From: Candidatus Micrarchaeota archaeon
Lineage (GTDB): Archaea > Micrarchaeota > Micrarchaeia > Norongarragalinales > SBBD01
Length of the DNA: 64,000 nucleotides
Direction of reading: 5' to 3'
Assembly: GCA_018819225.1 (NCBI GenBank)
Contig: JAHJQN010000001.1
Location: forward strand, 1-64,000
Shown here: positions 61,485 to 64,000 of the stretch, piece by piece
Layout: each line of letters opens with the position of its first letter
How positions within the stretch are numbered: the stretch's first letter is position 1
Made by a program: the position numbers and the translations under genes
Notes under the pieces: generated by a model
Database searches by the model: none
What the model was told of the DNA's origin: nothing
What the model saw: the letters and a program-made list of their open reading frames with translations, nothing else

Positions 61485-61865
61485 ATGAAGGAGATCACGA
61501 TTGTAGCGAAGGATCGAGTCGGACTATTGGCAGACATCTCCGAAACCCTGGCCAAATCGAACATTAACATCTCTTCCTTGTCCGTTGAAAGCACGGGCCG
61601 GACCGGAATCGTCCGACTCATGACCGAAGATCCAGAAGGTGCTCGAAAAGAACTGGAAGCCCGCCAGTTCAAGGTCGTGGACGCGAACATGCTGGTATTG
61701 CAATTGAACGACAAGCCTGGAGAGCTCGCGAAAATAGCCCGTCAACTTGCAGATCACGGCATTTCCATTGAAAATGTGTTCCTAATCAATCGGGAGAACA
61801 ACCAAACCGTTCTAGCTATCAACTGTAGCGATTATGAGAAGGCGCGAAAAATCCTAAACATTTAA
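61485..61865 (+). CDS. Tandem ACT-domain protein
   Basis: DRVGLLA...NINI and DKPGELA motifs. Confidence 0.9.
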   Translation: MKEITIVAKDRVGLLADISETLAKSNINISSLSVESTGRTGIVRLMTEDPEGARKELEARQFKVVDANMLVLQLNDKPGELAKIARQLADHGISIENVFLINRENNQTVLAINCSDYEKARKILNI

Positions 61866-61996
61866 CCCACGCCCGCTGCCCGTTTGCCTCCCTAGCGAAA
61901 AGCACACAAATAAACGCAAATTTGAACAATAACAAGTAATTATCAACAAAAGGTTGGTAAGCAAACATTAATAAATAAGTATGTACACGTATATAC

Positions 61997-62416
61997 TTGA
62001 GGCAAATCGTGTTTGAGAGGGGGAGCATTACGAAGGAGGTTACTGTTGTCGCAACCGACCGCATAGGACTTCTTGCAGACGTTTGTGAACTGCTAGGCAG
62101 TGAAGGAATCGATATCAACTCCATTTCCAGCGAGACCGCTAACGGTACCGCCATCATTCGCTTGTACGTGAAGCGCCACGAGCGCGCGAAAAGTATTTTG
62201 GAGGGCGAGGCGTTCAAGGTCATGGAACAAGGAGTGCTGGTGTTGAGGCTGGCGGACAAGCCGGGCGAACTCGCCAAAATCAGCCGCCTGCTTTCGGATG
62301 AAAAAGTTCAGATCAAGAACGTCACGCTTATTTCGCGGGATAACGGCGAGTCCTTGCTCGGTCTTAGCGTCAGCAATCACGACCGCGCCCGAAATATGTT
62401 GAAACGGTACTTGTAA
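61997..62416 (+). CDS. Tandem ACT-domain protein (paralog; start uncertain)
   Basis: DRIGLLAD and DKPGELAKI motifs; ACG at the paralog's ATG position. Confidence 0.85.
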   Translation: MRQIVFERGSITKEVTVVATDRIGLLADVCELLGSEGIDINSISSETANGTAIIRLYVKRHERAKSILEGEAFKVMEQGVLVLRLADKPGELAKISRLLSDEKVQIKNVTLISRDNGESLLGLSVSNHDRARNMLKRYL

Positions 62417-62515
62417 GGTTTACCGTTTCGTCTCGACCCCTTCCAGATCTATCTCTTCATCGTCCTCCCGACCTGAAATGGCCGTCTCCACTTTCCCAAC
62501 CGACTCCGCTTTAGC

Positions 62516-64000
62516 TCAAGATGTTTTCGGACATGAATGGTCGCCGAGAGTCACAAGCTCAAGCATCACGGTACCCTTACCGGGGTCATTTTCAATCCAA
62601 TTGATGGTAATTGATTTTTGCTTGTCGGTCCAACTCCTAACGGTTCTTTTTCCAAATATCGTGGAAAACGAACGCGTTCCATAAATTCGATTATCTTCAA
62701 TTTTAAGTCCGTCTGGACAAGAAAGGGTAAAATCAAGGGTGGTTGCATCAATTCCTTGCCGCGAATCCAGATTTCTGACTTTTAATTGATAGCCATTCGA
62801 AAACCGGGCTTCTTTCATGGGCCCGAATTTCTTAAATGTAAATACGCACGCACGCTGGTCTTTCGGGCACGTTCGGTCGATGGTGCTCCCTTTTGAATAA
62901 CCAAGAGAATACAGCCCTAAAGTAACGTACCCTTCATTATAACCGGGGGCTTTCTCCCATCTGATCTTTACCAGATCCTCCGAATCAAACCAATCGCTAC
63001 CATATATGGACGGCTGACACACTCGTCCGTCCACTGTTTTGGTATCTGAATAATAGAGATCAAACTGAACACATTGAACTCTAAATCCACCGCGATTAAA
63101 TGACTTGATTTTCACGCGCAACCCATTGTCTAACACGACCTCGCTGCCTACCCGCAATTCCTCGTAAATTCCGTCGCCTTCTTTCAACCCAGGAGCAACT
63201 ATTCCCGCCGGAGGCCCTTCGGGTATTGCAGTCTCATCAGTCGGAGTCGACACTATTCGTTCGCTCTTGAACCGCCATCTCACGACGCGCAAACCGTCAT
63301 CGCGTTTGAAGCCTAATGCGTCGAATGCGTCGCAGCTCAAATCAATGCCCGCACCATTGGTTTTGCGATCTTCGGGATGCATGAGTTCTGCCTTGGGTCG
63401 AACGGTCGACGTTTCATCCAAAACATATTCGTGATCATCAGTATACCAAGGACCCACATCGAGAACGGTTAAGAATACGGAGTTCCCTTCGTCATTTTGC
63501 ACTTCAATTTCAGTATTTAATGCACGAGTTGAAGGAAGTGCAGCGTACTTATCTACTTCTTTTGACATTTTTCCAGATGCCATTTCTTCATTTTTCTCGC
63601 AGCCGAACCAAGACGCTTTGATTCCAGAATGCCAGACGCCCGGAAGCTTCTCGGATTTATCAAACTTCTTTTGGACTTCCTCTTTTTCTTCCACAGAAGG
63701 AACGAACAACAGTTTATCCGGTCCGTTAGCAGTAGCTGCAGTCGTCACCCACTTGCCATCCTCTTCCCTTACGTAACGACGCATGTTATCAGGAATGTTG
63801 CCTTGCTCGATATCATGCGGGTTCACGATGATGAGGGGCAGGTAAAGTTGGTGGTTGTACGGTGCATCTAAATAACCGGCGTACAACAGGAGACGTTCGC
63901 CGGTTTTTGCATTTAATGGAGCCAGTGGATAAGTAAATGACGCGCGGCGCTCCAAATTCTCATCGGGTTCCAACAAGTTCTCGGAATCGCAAGTTTCAAC
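62516..64000 (-). CDS. 5'-truncated large protein with RlpA-like double-psi beta-barrel domain
   Basis: Frame is open to the window edge; ASWFG, AALP, DVGPW and IDLS..AF.ALG motifs. Confidence 0.7.
   Translation of the reverse strand, partial: VETCDSENLLEPDENLERRASFTYPLAPLNAKTGERLLLYAGYLDAPYNHQLYLPLIIVNPHDIEQGNIPDNMRRYVREEDGKWVTTAATANGPDKLLFVPSVEEKEEVQKKFDKSEKLPGVWHSGIKASWFGCEKNEEMASGKMSKEVDKYAALPSTRALNTEIEVQNDEGNSVFLTVLDVGPWYTDDHEYVLDETSTVRPKAELMHPEDRKTNGAGIDLSCDAFDALGFKRDDGLRVVRWRFKSERIVSTPTDETAIPEGPPAGIVAPGLKEGDGIYEELRVGSEVVLDNGLRVKIKSFNRGGFRVQCVQFDLYYSDTKTVDGRVCQPSIYGSDWFDSEDLVKIRWEKAPGYNEGYVTLGLYSLGYSKGSTIDRTCPKDQRACVFTFKKFGPMKEARFSNGYQLKVRNLDSRQGIDATTLDFTLSCPDGLKIEDNRIYGTRSFSTIFGKRTVRSWTDKQKSITINWIENDPGKGTVMLELVTLGDHSCPKTS

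Overview
Archaeal chromosome segment, most likely DPANN (Micrarchaeota-like). This is inferred from the intron-containing tRNA, L7Ae-S28e-L24e, NAC, CDC48, split RNAP B''/B' with a fused A'A'', and class III signal-peptide pilins. Most of the window is housekeeping, metabolic or surface-protein genes. There are two accessory regions. (1) A ~4 kb island at the 3' end of tRNA-Asn, with duplicated att-like and arm repeats, two RelBE-type TA pairs and no integrase. (2) An apparently intact 3,786-bp IS5/IS903-like cargo transposon (32521-36306; ~25-bp TIRs, 9-bp TSD). It carries an RNase H-fold (DUF3800/RNase HII-like) gene, a wHTH-like gene, a small DUF2080/AbrB-like gene with three operator-like repeats, and two promoter-preceded structured ncRNA candidates. 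This is the best candidate for an undescribed system. Other oddities: CDC48 has a 452-aa LAGLIDADG intein plus an AT-rich ~235-aa coiled-coil insertion; the fused Rpo1 is compact; there is an unannotated tandem CxxC...CC mini-protein; and an RlpA-like DPBB protein sits at the right edge.
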